In this document: positions 35,606 to 52,607 of the stretch, one piece after another | Numbering within the stretch: position 1 is the first letter of the stretch | How the letters are laid out: the number at the start of each line of letters is the position of its first letter | DNA from: Oopsacas minuta | Taxonomy: Eukaryota > Animalia > Porifera | Length of the DNA: 64,000 nucleotides | Direction: 5' to 3' | Assembly (NCBI GenBank): GCA_024704765.1 | Contig: JAKMXF010000066.1 | Coordinates: 1,051,883 to 1,115,882, forward strand | Made by a program: the position numbers and the translations under genes | The notes under the pieces: generated by a model | What the model was told of the DNA's origin: nothing | What the model saw: the letters and a program-made list of their open reading frames with translations, nothing else | The model's database searches: none

Positions 35606-37835
35606 ATGGAATCTCAAAAACTAGCTCAAATGGACTTCGATGAGTTTGTGGAAAATGCATTGGAAGCTGAATCTGTCGCGTCTACTGATAGCCCACAGGA
35701 GAACCTGAAAATTGAACCAAATTCTAAAGCTAAAAGGCACAAACAAGTACTTTCAAATCTGTCAAAAGATGATCCCGAGTTTTACAAATTTCTCCTTGAG
35801 AATGATAAAGAATTGCTTGATTTTGATGTCAGTGACGAAGATTCTGATAACGAAGAAGCTACGAGTAATAGTGATTCTGGAGACGGACAACTTGAACCAG
35901 TTTCCGATACAGATAGTGATAAATCTATAGAGAATAGTGTTCCATTAGAATCTATTGATTCTGATGAGAAAGTTGATTCTGATTTTGATGATGATGATGA
36001 GAGGGATGTGAAGAATATCGTAACAAAGAAACAGGTATATATATATATATATATGGTGATTTGCAAGACCGATGTTTAAGTTGTTTAGTGAAACCTCCAT
36101 AAACTAGCCTGTTGAATCGGGGAACTTCTGGAAACGGAGTGAATTCATAGTCTCATACAAACCTGGAAACAGGGTAGCATTTTCGGCGTTCCATGAAACC
36201 CCGTTAGTGGAAGTTATGCTGTATTTTTAGGTGATTTTCATGGCAAAAGCTCTCAAAACTAAGAATTCTAATTCTACTTTCAAACATGCTACAGACCTCT
36301 TTCATACAGCTGTGTATCAGGTTGCCGGAGAAAAAATTGAATCTTCACAAAAATTAGCTTTTGAGAAAGTCACAACTTTTAATGAACTCGTTCTATGTTG
36401 TCTGGAATGTGTCCCACTTTTCCTACAGCGACAGTTAGTGAGTTCAAATGATGTCATTATTATTCGCGGTAAAAAATGTAAGAAAAACTGGTCAAAAATC
36501 AGAGAAAACGTCAAATTATATTTGTCAGATATTCTCTTTACCTTGGACAAATTAGTTGAGTCATCCTTACTATGCAAAATTCTTTACTCAATAAAACCTC
36601 TCATATGTTTGTTCCTCGAATTTCGCGGTCTCCGTAAGAAATATATGAAAACTTTGATAAAATTATGGTCAAAAGATGAGAGATCAGTACAGTTACAAAG
36701 TTTCTTATGCATGAAAGGTAGTATTCTATTCGCAAACTATTCTCTATTCAATTATCTATTGAAACGATCATATTTGTCATTCGTACAATCTTCAAAGTTT
36801 TCATCAGAAGTTAACAAGGAATATATTGCGTTTCTCATTGATTCTTTGGTAGAAATATACTCAGTGGATTTATCCAGAGGCTATCAGTTAGCATTTGTGT
36901 ATATTCGACAGTTGGCTATTCATTTACGTAATGCTCTTACTTCTAAGACCGACGAGACTACACAGTTTGTATATAATTGGCAATTTATACATAGCATAGA
37001 GTTCTGGAGTAAAGTGTTATCTGCAGAAGGTGCAGCTGATACACATCTAAAACAGCTGATTTTCCCGCTAGTACAAGTCACTTTAGGCGCCATTTCTTTG
37101 AGCCCAATTGTGAAATTCTACCCACTTCGTTTTCGTTGCATCAAATCCCTAAACTATATCTCCCTACACACAAATACATATATTCCTATAGCGAATTACA
37201 TGCTTGAGACTCTGGATTATGTCCGTTCTGTTTCAAAGTATACTCATTTACCCCCCAAACCACCGAATTTTGCGTACACACTGAAGGTTTCGAAGCAATT
37301 TATGAAAACAAAGCATTTCATTGACTATGCAGTTGAGACAGCATTTGAACTTTTGCTCGAGCATTTATCAAGTTTTGAACATTCTATTGCTTTCCCTGAA
37401 ATGAGTTTTCCAGTGCTTAGAGAGTTGAAGAAGTTTGCCAAAGCTACAAACAACTCAAAGCATCGAAGAGAAATCAAATCTTTAATTGAAAAGATTGAAA
37501 TACAATCAAAATTCATTGAAGATCTAAGATCAACTGTGGATTTCGCTCCCAAAGATACTGATAAAGTTAGAGAATGGGAGAGAACCTCAGCTATAAAACA
37601 TTCCAATCTCAGTAATTATTTGAATTTGTGGCGGAAAAGTGTCATAAAAATTAATGAAAACTTGGTGCAGAATCATTTGGAATTAGATGAACCAAAAAAT
37701 GATGTAGAAAAGAAAATATTGAAAAGTCGAAAGAGGAAAAGACAAACTCAAATAGAGCCAACAACTAGCAGTAATTCAGATAGTGATATAGATGATAAGG
37801 TTATAGAGCTGAATTTAGATAATTGGGATGACTAA
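35606..37835 (+). CDS. NOC2L: Nucleolar complex protein 2 homolog, 2 exons
   Basis: Exons 35606-36034 and 36231-37835. DDPEFYKFLLENDKELLDF, YQLAFVYIRQLAIHLRNA, VYNWQFIHSIEFWSKVL, FYPLRF, IAFPEMSFP. Confidence 0.95.
36086..36221. mobile_element. MITE, family B (TIR CAGTGAAACCTCCAYAAACGGGG), in NOC2L intron
   Basis: AGTGAAACCTCCATAAAC ... CCCCGTTAGTGGAAGTTATGCTG-TA. Confidence 0.75.
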
Positions 37836-37956
37836 TCTTACACCCGTAGATATATTTCTTTAGCACAAATTATATTAGTTTTTCGTATACGTTTGAACTT
37901 ATACGCAGATTATTTGAACGGTAATTTAGTATTTTTCCAAGAAAGCTCACTATCAA

Positions 37957-40900
37957 ATGAAGAAAAGAACAGCTGTTCGCAGGACACCATCTAAAGAAAA
38001 ACCTGTACTAAAGTTCAAAGGTCAATTACAGACACTAAAATCAACTCAAAAGACCCTCAACAGTTTCTTTAAACCAAATACAATTAGCAATGTTCAGACA
38101 GTTGTTAATAATAGGAAGAAACGACTTTCTGATAATGTTAATAGTCATTCAAAAGTTATAGTGATTGATAGTGACTCTGAATCTGATCATAAGAGTAAAG
38201 ATAAGGTAATACCATAGTTACCAACCTCCCTCCTGTTATCGCTGGATTATCCGGGATTATACAAGAAATTGAGAATCTAGGGGGATATCTGCAAATGTCT
38301 GTGCCTTTTCCCCTGAATCATTGTCTGAATTGCTATTTATGGATGTAAAACTTTCTCAAAATCCCGGGAAATTGAAAGTATCTTACATTGTTTCGTTTTA
38401 TTTTAAATATTTTTCAATTCAGAGAGTACTTAAGAATACAACAAAATTCAATGAAGTATTTACACCAAATGAACAGTGTCCAGAGCTATGTGATCAATCT
38501 ACAACTCTATCATATCCAATCGATGAAGATATGCTTAACCTCACAGATATTGCTAATACATCTACACCGCTAAGTCCTAATGATATTAATATGAACAACG
38601 ATGAGGTTAAAAGTAAAAAAAAGTTATTTGACAATGTATTAAGCCCAGTTACAGGTTTGTGTAATGGCTATTTTCCTTTGGTTTGTTAACTATTCAATCT
38701 TATAGAGAAGGAAATTATTAATGAAGATACTATGATGTCAAACTTAAGCGTTCTATTCGACGACCTTAGCTCTACATTTAGTGATAAATTAACCAATTCG
38801 CCGTCTATTGATGAGGATTATGTATTACCTGCAGGTGTTTATAGGTATAAAGTATTGTTATGTGAAGTTACTAAGCTGCACCGACCTTTACAGCACTTGT
38901 AAGTGAATTCAATAGTAAAATTAGTTTGAATTTTTACGATTAGCATACAGGTTTGCTGATGTAAAGAAATTAGAATTAGAGTCAATAGATCCTAATGGAA
39001 AACATGTGATTTGTAACTTAACAGACGACTGGTAAGTAAAGTCATATACTTTCTAATACGAACGTAGTTCATAACCTTTGTAATGAGAATCAATTCAAAA
39101 GTATACATTTTACGATGTTCGTATTAATGGGAGAATCTGTACTAAATCTGGGTCCATTGACCCCTTGTTGGCGACGGACGACAGTAGGGGTACACAGGAT
39201 CTCAAATTTCATATTACAGACTATAGGAGGGGTCACATAATGTGTTAGAATTAGTGTAGGGGTTCCATTGGGACCACTGATTTATGCTTAACAGGTATGA
39301 GACTGAGATACTCCTGGAACACAGAATCAACATTATCCTACTCCACCCGCATACATATACTCTTAACCCGATCACTAACAGATTAACCATTACACTAGAC
39401 AGATCCACAACTGATGTATTCGTTATTACACATCCAGACATGCTAATTTCTGGTACTGTTGTTGCTGGGAGTTTTTTTTGTGAGAGAAAAACAATACTCC
39501 AAGAAATGATACGTAGTAAGGAAACTGAACTGGCTAAGCATGCTTTGATGGGGACAATACTTCATGAAATATTTCAACAGGTATGTAAAGGCTTGTGGAA
39601 AGTTTTACGCTCATTTCTATAGTGAAACCTCCACAAACGGGGCTATAGAATCGGGAAACTCTGAAAACGGTCCCATACAAATGGACCTCACGAAATGGGG
39701 TATCATTTCGGTGTCCCTGTCACCTCGTTTATGGAGTTTACACTATATTACTATTCTCAATTTGTAGGCTATTGTCACTAATGAGTTTGACATAAAATCA
39801 TTGGAACAGGCTAGCAGGAAAATTCCCACTGACATAGCATTTCTAGAAATGTTTGCCCAACTTGAGATAAGTGCTGCTGATGCGTTAGAGAGTATAAATA
39901 GACATCTGACAAACTTCTCAAAGTTTGGAGAGAACTTCATGAAGCAATATCCACGTTTTCCGAATGGGAAAGTTGATATTCCATGGTAAGAAATAATTTT
40001 ACAGTTTCGGGATATAATGTCAGACATTTGGCATATTGAGATTTGCTGAATATGATTTTTGATAGTCCAAAAATGGTACAATTATGTCATATCCATTTCA
40101 GGAAAGACGAGGTTTGTAAAACAGAGTCATCCGTCGCTGTAACAGAAGTTCTAGACATAGAAGAGAGCATATGGTCTCCAAAGTATGTTAATAATCGCCT
40201 ATATTTCAAAGTGTTATTTTCATACACACTTTTCCTTATAGCTATGGGTTGAAGGGTAAAATTGATGTTAGTATGGCAGTCAAAATCCACAGACAAAGTA
40301 TTGACAAAATAAGTTCTAATTCCTTGCAAGATTATAAGATTCCATTCGAATTAAAGTCTGGCAAAATGACTCATTCAAAAGGTTCTAACGAGCATAGAGC
40401 ACAGGTTATGCTGTATACACTAATGATGAGTGAGAGATTGTGTAGAGATGTTCCTATTGGATTGCTATATTATAGCCAAACTGGTCATTTACAAGGGATA
40501 ACTCCAAACTACCAAGAGTTAAGAGGTGACGAAATATATGCGCCAAATTTCGCATATGTTATTCATCCAATTTATTTAGATATTTTACGCAGGAGAAATG
40601 AACTCGCCAGCTATTTATACTCTCTGTCTACTACATCAGAACCCAGATTTCCACCCATGATAAAAGAGCCAAGAATTTGTTCAAAATGTTCCTATCACAA
40701 TGCTTGTCTGCTAATACATCAGTGAGTTATACGATTTAGAATTGGAAATTCAATTCTTTTATGTGAGATTAGAAATCTAGAACAAGGAGGTGAATTCTCA
40801 AGCGGACTAAGGGGTCTCTTTTCTGAGACAGTAGGGAGGTTGACTGCTTCAGAGAAGACCTACTTCACTCGATGGTTCAAAATGATTCAGTTAGAGAGCA

Positions 40901-43610
40901 TAATGCAATCTAGTGAGAACAAAGTTTCTGAAATATGGACTAAATCCAGCCATGAACGGTAATTCCCTTTCAGTATACCTCACACATTTAAATAGCATAA
41001 TTTTAGAGTTTTCCGTGTAGAGAGAAGCTTGGGAACTGTATTGGTCAGGTTATTATCGAATCTCTACACACGGCTAACGGAGGATGTATTGACGTGACTT
41101 TCATAAGAAACCCTTCAGTCAATGAGTAAGAATTACAGTCAACTCCCCGTTATATCCAAATACCCGTTTATATAGCGGAAGTCTGAAATTGTATAAATAT
41201 GGTCCCAAACCGTCAAAGTATCATATACTCCATCGTTTATATCGAGGTAATTATCGTGTTCCCTTGAGCTTCGATATAACTGTAGTTGACTTTAGTTTGT
41301 TGTAAATTTACATTACAGGTATTTATATGTGTTTTATAGAAAATTTGAGTTTACAGATTGTAATATCACAGTTGGGGATAGTCTCGTAATAAGCTATGAA
41401 GATCTCTCACAGCTCTGTATTACTTGGAGTATAGTTAAGAAAATTTATAAGTCACAATGTATTGTCACTACTCGTCGTGTTGATATGTATAAACATGAGT
41501 TTAATGCAATTGGAGAGAGGGTAGAATTTCGACTTGATAAATGCGAGAATTATAAACCAAGTGCTATAGTGCTAATGAATCTAGTTGCACTGTTCCAACA
41601 AAATGAAAGGTAAATGCTCCCTATTTCACCGTGTACACAGTTTAAAAAAGTTTGAGATCCACTATCCTAAACAATTTCCTCTACAGATGTCATAAACTGA
41701 GGCAGTTGATTATTCACAAGACAGCACCTTGTTTTACTATTATCAGACCTCTAGCCATTGAAACAATGCAGATTTACTCCCATCTAAACAATGAACAGCA
41801 ATTTATCATAGAGAGAGTATTAGCCTGTTCTGACTATGTGATTATACAAGGCATGCCTGGGACTGGCAAAACTACACTAGCAGCCTGTCTAATACGAGTA
41901 CTACTCTCTCAAAAACAAACTGTACTACTCAGTAGTTTTACTAACACTGCGTTAGATAACATTTTATTGAAACTAGTTGAGGTAATCTATTCATAATTAG
42001 CATATAGTAAACTCACTTACATCGAACCTAACTTCAACAAAAATGGAAATTGCGTTAATTTTGGATATTTGGATATGTCAGTGTTCGATAACGGGAGTTG
42101 ACTGTAGGCTTTTCTAGGTTGGTGTAGACTTTGTCAGAATTGGTAGAGACAGCTCTGTACATCCTTCAATTGTCAAATATCTTCCACATAACTGTCTGAA
42201 AGATACAGACACAATCATGGGAGTATCTAATTTCTATGACAGCAAGGTAAGTGCAGTGAAAGTTTCATATGAGATCGATTTGAGTTATTCTCTCATAGGG
42301 TCTCTACGCTGCAACTTGTCTTAGTATAAATAACATTTTCATTCAAAAAACTGAATTTGACTGGTGTATTGTAGACGAAGCTTCACAGTTAACACAGTTT
42401 CTATGCTTAGGCCCAATCCTGCAAGCAAAACGCTTCGTATTAGTAGGAGATATTCATCAGTTACCTCCTCTAGTCCGAAGTTATGAAGCTAGGTTTGTTG
42501 TGTTAAGATTTCCAAAATATCTGATAAGCATATAGAGGGAGACCATTTTCGTCAACATGAAATTATTTGTAGATTGTAATACCTGTATTATAGGAAAGAA
42601 GGTTATGATGTTAGTCTATTCCGCAAACTATCAGAAGATCATCCTGATACAGTATTAACACTAACTTCACAATACCGTATGAATGATAGTATTATGTCTA
42701 TTGCTAATCATCTTATATACGGGAATCAAATGCAAAGTGCAGGAAAGGATATCTCTACTAGTAAACTGTGCTTTTCTTCCTGGGATGAGAACATTGAAGA
42801 ATGGATTGTAGACTGTGTTAGCCCTGATAAGCCTGTTATTCTTATCAACACTGATTTGGTAATTGTTTTTTTTCGGGGTGAAACGATGGAAATATTGTTT
42901 TGACCTATTTGATACTTTATAGCTTGAAAGTCATGAGATAGAAATGAATCAAAGAGTTTGTAATATGTTGGAGATTAGAATTCTGAAACAGATCACGTGT
43001 TCATTATTCAAGGTATATTCTAATGTTGCTATATCAAGAGCAAAGTTCATAGATTTTGGCTATGGCATGAACTTAGAATGAACTTTGAACTTTTGACGTA
43101 AACTATTGACTAATGTCATAAACATTGCGAGCACATCTTGCAATCCTGAATAATATTATCTTTAGCTAGGAATCCTTGGTTCACAAATCGGAATAATATC
43201 ACCATACAGACAGCAAGTTGCTCTGCTTGATTCTGCAATAAACTGTGAATTGAGAGTCCCAATTGAAATCAGCACAGTAGATAGCTTTCAAGGTCGAGAC
43301 AAAGATTGTATAATAGTATCTACAGTTAGGAATAACACAGAAGGAAAGGTAAATGTTATTTCAATTGTTGATTCTATATTTGATGCTACAGTGTAACTGT
43401 TGTACTATGTTTTAGATTGGAGAACTGCTAATAGACAAACACAGATTAACCGTTATGATTACCAGAGCTAAACACAAGCTTATACTAGTAGGTTCTATCC
43501 TTACTCTATCTCACTCAGAGATATTCAAACAGCTGATTGAGTTCTTACAACAAAGAGAATGGGTGTATAATTTAAGAAAGAATCAGGTCTTATTGGAGTT
43601 TAATAACTAG
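37957..43610 (+). CDS. DNA2: DNA replication ATP-dependent helicase/nuclease DNA2, multi-exon
   Basis: HPDMLISGT, FCERKT, MGTILHEIFQ, DIEESIWSP.YGLKGKIDV, PFELKSG, HRAQVMLYTLM, ICSKC...C (Fe-S), Walker A IQGMPGTGKTT, VDEASQ, VGDIHQLPPLV, QYRMN, STVDSFQGRDK. Last exon 43416-43610. Confidence 0.95.
38213..38382. repeat. Dispersed repeat family E-like (left end CATAGTTACCAACCTCCC), in DNA2 intron 1
   Basis: Left end resembles 58202 (CAGTAATACCAACC). Right end CCCGGGAAATTG resembles 45668-45690. Confidence 0.45.
39620..39745. mobile_element. MITE, family B, in DNA2 intron
   Basis: TA-TAGTGAAACCTCCACAAACGGGG ... CCTCGTTTATGGAGTTTACACTA-TA. Confidence 0.8.
41136..41292. mobile_element. MITE, family A, in DNA2 intron
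   Basis: TA-CAGTCAACTCCCCGTTATATC ... TTCGATATAACTGTAGTTGACT. Internal ATATGGTCCCAAACCGTCAAAGTA shared with other copies. Confidence 0.85.
42005..42104. mobile_element. MITE, family A (diverged), in DNA2 intron
   Basis: AGTAAACTCACTTACATCGAA ... TTCGATAACGGGAGTTGACTG-TA. Confidence 0.7.
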
Positions 43611-43657
43611 TACTTTGTTTGATGTAGAATTATTGTTCGATGCCTATTTTGGTAATA

Positions 43658-43825
43658 CAGTTAGCTCTCGTTGTATCGAACACGGATATATCGAAATAGC
43701 CGCTTATATCGAAGCTTGAAATTGTACAAATATGGTCCCAAACCGTCAAAGTAACATAAATGTCATCGGTTATACTGAAGTAATTATCACGGTCCTTTGA
43801 GCTTCTATATAGCTGGAGTTGGCTA
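43658..43825. mobile_element. MITE, family A, between DNA2 and TYW5
   Basis: TA-CAGTTAGCTCTCGTTGTATCGAA ... CTGGAGTTGGCTA, with the shared internal core. Confidence 0.8.
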
Positions 43826-43852
43826 TGTATAATTGTTCTGCAATTAGAATCC

Positions 43853-44875
43853 ATGGCTAGTAATACTACCCCAACAGAAATACATCAGCAAGTTAAACTA
43901 GTATCACGATATCAATATACTAATGAACTAGAATTGACGGAATTCTTACAAACAACTAGATTGCCTCATTTAATACAAGGATTCGATATTGGGCCCTGTA
44001 AAGAGCTATGGACATCTGAGTATCTACATTCTGTGTGTAGCTCTAACCTTGTATCTGTTATGGTTAGTTTACAACCTCTGCTCGAATTCGCACCTAAAAA
44101 TTATGAATATAAATCTATGCCCTTAAATGAGCTATGTAAACTCTGCGGAATTTCACACGATTTGGAAAGTGCCTCTAAAATGAAGGAATATTACTATTTA
44201 AGATCTCTTGGGGAAAACCCGTTCAAAGACGTGGCCGATTTTTACAAACAACTTCCGGAATTATCAAAGGACATTTTGATACCAAAAGTATTCACTGAAG
44301 AACAGTATTTCTCTTCTGTATTACGCATAGCATCAGCTGGCATACAGCTGTTCACGCATTATGACATCATGGATAATATTCTTGTACAAATACGTGGTAG
44401 AAAGAGGATAGCATTATTCAGTCCTAGAGATTCGAATAATTTGTATTTACAGAAGGAAAAATCGCCTATTGTAGATATAGATAATCCAGATTGGGATAAG
44501 TTCCCAAAATTCTCGAACGCTATCAGATGGGACTGTATTCTTAATCCAGGTATGTTGATTTTGCGTTTTTAGCTTTTCGTAATTTGTATTCAATGTAATT
44601 CTATGATAGGAGATATGCTGTATATTCCAGCTCCATGGTTGCATAATGTTAAAAACCTTGACTTCACAGTTGCAATCAATTTCTTTTGGAAAAACTTAGA
44701 CAAATCTATGTACGCAACAAATGATGTGTTCGGAAATAAAGATCTTATCCCTGCTCAGAGAGCTAAACAGATTCTATCAAGAGCATTGAAAGCATTGGAT
44801 GAATTACCTCCAGAGTTTAAGGAGTTTTATGGTAGAAATATGATTGGAATAATTGAAGAGAAAACATTTCAATAA
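43853..44875 (+). CDS. TYW5: tRNA wybutosine-synthesizing protein 5 (JmjC hydroxylase), 2 exons
   Basis: Exons 43853-44549 and 44610-44875. YYLRSLGE, YFSSVLRIAS, LFTHYDIMDN (HxD), LNPGDMLYIPAPWLHNV, YATNDVFGNKDL. Confidence 0.93.
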
Positions 44876-44877
44876 TA

Positions 44878-45039
44878 CAGTCAACTCCCGTTATATCTAA
44901 TATATCAAAATACCCGCTTACATTAAAGTCTGAATTTGTACAAATATGGTCCCAAACCGTCAAAGTAACATATATTCCATCGGTTAGATCGCGGTAATTA
45001 TCGCGGTCCCTTAAGCTTCGATTTAATATGAGTTGACTG
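44878..45039. mobile_element. MITE, family A, directly after the TYW5 stop codon
   Basis: TAA-TA-CAGTCAACTCCCGTTATATC ... TTCGATTTAATATGAGTTGACTG-TA. Confidence 0.88.
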
Positions 45040-45094
45040 TATTTACAAAACGTTTGTATTTTGTTTGTCAGTATATATTAGAGTAGCCTGTCAT

Positions 45095-49451
<4,357 letters not shown>

Positions 49452-51012
49452 ATAATATTTATCCAGGCTGAATTTATATATTTTCAAATAGCCGATATTT
49501 GCATAGTTTAACATTCCTATTGATATCCTTCTTATTAGCTTTTCTTTGCATCAGTTGGAATGTTAATTTGTGCGTTAATTGCATCAATTCTCATTATTAT
49601 AATAAATACGAAGTTTTCTAATGTGCAAACTTTATTTTGGAGATTTGCATCAAAGTTATACTTATTTTCAGCGTTTTAAGCAGAAAATCTATTTGTACCG
49701 AAAGATTATTCAAATTGTCACTGTGAATTTGATTTAGCATTATAGTGCCTCCAACTACTAGTGTCATTTTATTTATATTATTATTTCATATTTATGCTCA
49801 CTACACAATTCGCTCGCACAAAGTCGGCACAGTAAAAAGTATCTTAACTTAGCCTATCATCAATTGGACAATTGAATTGTTCCTTGAGATTCCTATCTAT
49901 TCACAATTATTACTATATATGGTCAAAACAACCCAGAAATAAATGAGTACATCATTTCACGACTCACATGTTTTCATTATCTGCTCAATAGATAGGAAGT
50001 ATTGTACCTTCCCTCATAGAGTCTATCTTCCTTGATATTAGCTAAGATGGAATTCAATCTAAATTGCTTGGAAAAATTTACCTATTGTAATCCAGTATTT
50101 TGTCTGGATAGATAAACTCTTTGGGACAACTGGAAAGGTTGGTTATAGTAATTGTACTTTCATTATACCCATTCACACGTGTTAAACTAGTTCACCTGTT
50201 TGTTTCCTGGATACTGTTCCGCCTTATAACATCCTGAGGTTGGTAAACTTGTTTTCTAACTGTACTAAATAATTATATTTTCTATTTTTACGTATGGTTT
50301 ATTTTACGTGTTTTATCCTGATCATTCGTGGCTTATGTTTAAAATCCTTATAGTATTCCTATATCCACCCCGTTGATCGCTATATTCCTATGAAATTTGC
50401 AATAGAAAGAGACTTTTAGCAATTCATATTGAGATTTATCATAAGTGATACGTAGCATATTTGATTGCAGCTTTCTTTACTTACGCATTATTGTGATTTG
50501 CATTTACAAAATGTAATCTTTATTTTTCTACAAAAATCAAACCATGTCCAAATCCATTCTCCATAGCTTATTTTCCCTTCCCTCCATTACATATAATATA
50601 TCGTGTAACATATAATTAAAATAGCTGATTCTTAGCATGGGTAATCACAGAGGATAAATTAGTTCTATAGATCATTCATCAACATCCCCAATTAAATTCA
50701 ATGTTTGCAAACATATATAGCGTGGTTATAATATTAAATTGCCCCTAATTCTCCCTTAGTTTTTCTGCTCCTGGTATAACTGTAGGAAGGTCTAAACGTC
50801 CGTACTAATTGACTTCCCGCGTTGTAGGTGAGTGTTTCTTCACTATTTAACAAATATATATATATATATTTCCCCGTTTATCTGATTTAAATGTAATTTT
50901 ACTCATTTTTTTAATAAACATATTCAATTTTAACAAATGTAAATATAAATGCGGAGTAAGTTAGAAATGCAGTTTATAAAGCTGTCGTCCTACTTATTGT
51001 GAGATTATTTTG

Positions 51013-52002
51013 CTAGCATGATGATTGCTGTCCAGTTTTTCGTTTTGATGGTTCAAAAGTTATTTTATACGTCATCTCGGCTTTATCATGCAGTTCTAAT
51101 ACTGCCTGTAGGCTGATCGTTTTGTTAGATTTACTAGGCTTTTCTAGTTGATATCCTAGCATTAGTATCATGTCTAATGCGGCCCTGCTTGATCTATGTG
51201 ATCTGTATTTCAAGTTCTTGTATTCGTTCAGCGTTGATAAATTCTTTTCTTGGAATGTTTGCAAATCTGGGCTGAATTTTACTGTTGGTGGAATATCGCT
51301 TTCGCTGTGAGAACGTTTTCTCAAAATTGGACTCTCATCTTCCTCGGAAATGCTAGACATGAATGATGCATCTGGGGTCTCAGGAGAACGCAAATACTCG
51401 AATTGTTGCTCTCTGTGTATTCGAATACGGTCATGTTGATCTGCATTGTTTTTTAAGGCCATGTTAAATAATTCTTGATAATAACCTTCGTTACAAATTG
51501 GGACGAATGTGAATCCATGAATTCCAAGTGTTGCTAGCACCAAGTTATGGGAAACTCTGATTCTTATTGTTCTAAGTTTATCGAAGCGAGCGAGCACTTC
51601 AATTTCATTTTCGATTAATTCACTGGATATCTCGATTGCGCTGTTTAGTCTAGTTGCGATTAAACGAACCAATTCGAATGGTTGGAAAAGTGAAACTCCG
51701 GTCAGGGGCCAAGATTGATAGTCAGCGATTTTTAAGTCAATACTAAGATCTGAATTTCGTTTTGCCGTTAAACTGTGGCTATTTGAATTGATAATTTTTG
51801 CGAAAGTTTGATATGCATTTACTATCTTAGCGCTTTTGATATTCCCAAAAATGCGATATGAAGCGATGAGTTTTTCAATGGAAATGTCAGTAATTTTAAA
51901 ACTATTACTTTCCAATAAGTCTGAATACATTAAATTCAAACTCATTGGATCTTCTATTAGTTTTGAGTATTTGTAAGTTGTTCCTTGAAGAGTGGTGTCC
52001 AT
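51013..52002 (-). CDS. Uncharacterised 329-aa protein; only supported minus-strand gene
   Basis: Long stop-free ORF in AT-rich DNA with a protein-like composition and an S/E/P-rich segment. No family recognised. An in-frame acceptor at 52020-52022 means upstream exons are possible. Confidence 0.7.
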   Translation of the reverse strand: MDTTLQGTTYKYSKLIEDPMSLNLMYSDLLESNSFKITDISIEKLIASYRIFGNIKSAKIVNAYQTFAKIINSNSHSLTAKRNSDLSIDLKIADYQSWPLTGVSLFQPFELVRLIATRLNSAIEISSELIENEIEVLARFDKLRTIRIRVSHNLVLATLGIHGFTFVPICNEGYYQELFNMALKNNADQHDRIRIHREQQFEYLRSPETPDASFMSSISEEDESPILRKRSHSESDIPPTVKFSPDLQTFQEKNLSTLNEYKNLKYRSHRSSRAALDMILMLGYQLEKPSKSNKTISLQAVLELHDKAEMTYKITFEPSKRKTGQQSSC

Positions 52003-52315
52003 TTCAAAAAATATGTTTTCTATTGTTTTAATTTTCCAAATATTTTGGCTTTTATAGGTGTAGTTACAACATTATTGCAATTCGATAGGAGATATCACAT
52101 CCTAGAAGTTCAAATTAATCATGGCCCAATAGCTTCCTTATCATCTTACAAATTGCAAGTTCCATATGCCCCGATGGGTGTCAGACGACTTTAGTGGAAA
52201 GATTTAATAAATGATTTTACAATTACCTCATATTATCTCAAATATTTTATTGGAATATTTCCCTATAATACAAAGATTGTGAACTTAGTAATTAGTTTTC
52301 AAAAATAGCGTAGAA

Positions 52316-52607
52316 CCGGTGTGGTAGTGTCATGTGTCCTCCCTAAATTCTGTCCCCCCGGACTAGTGGTACTAGGGCCAAATGTCCCCCGGACTAGTGA
52401 CACTAGGGCAAGGAGTCCCGCCGACGAATGGCACTAGTGTGGAGTGTCCCCCCGGACCTCTGGCACTAGGGTAAGTAGTCCCCACTTTGGGTCAGATGTC
52501 CCCCGGACTACTGACCCTAGTGCCAGAGGTCCGGGGGACATATCACCCTAGTGCCACAAGTCCGGGGGGACAGCTCACCCGGAGGACCACTGCCCCTCTG
52601 ACACCGG
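52316..52607. mobile_element. GC-rich foldback-type non-autonomous element with subterminal tandem repeats
   Basis: Ends CCGGTGT / ACACCGG. About 27-nt unit TGTCCCCCCGGACTAGTGGCACTAGGG repeated directly at 52351, 52383 and 52445, and inverted on the right (CCCTAGTGCC....GTCCGGGGGACA). No TSD seen. Confidence 0.7.

Noticed and set aside
52351-52570. Repeat array as a CRISPR locus
   Set aside because: The spacers are only a few nt, the units invert midway, there are no cas genes and the context is eukaryotic. It fits transposon subterminal repeats.
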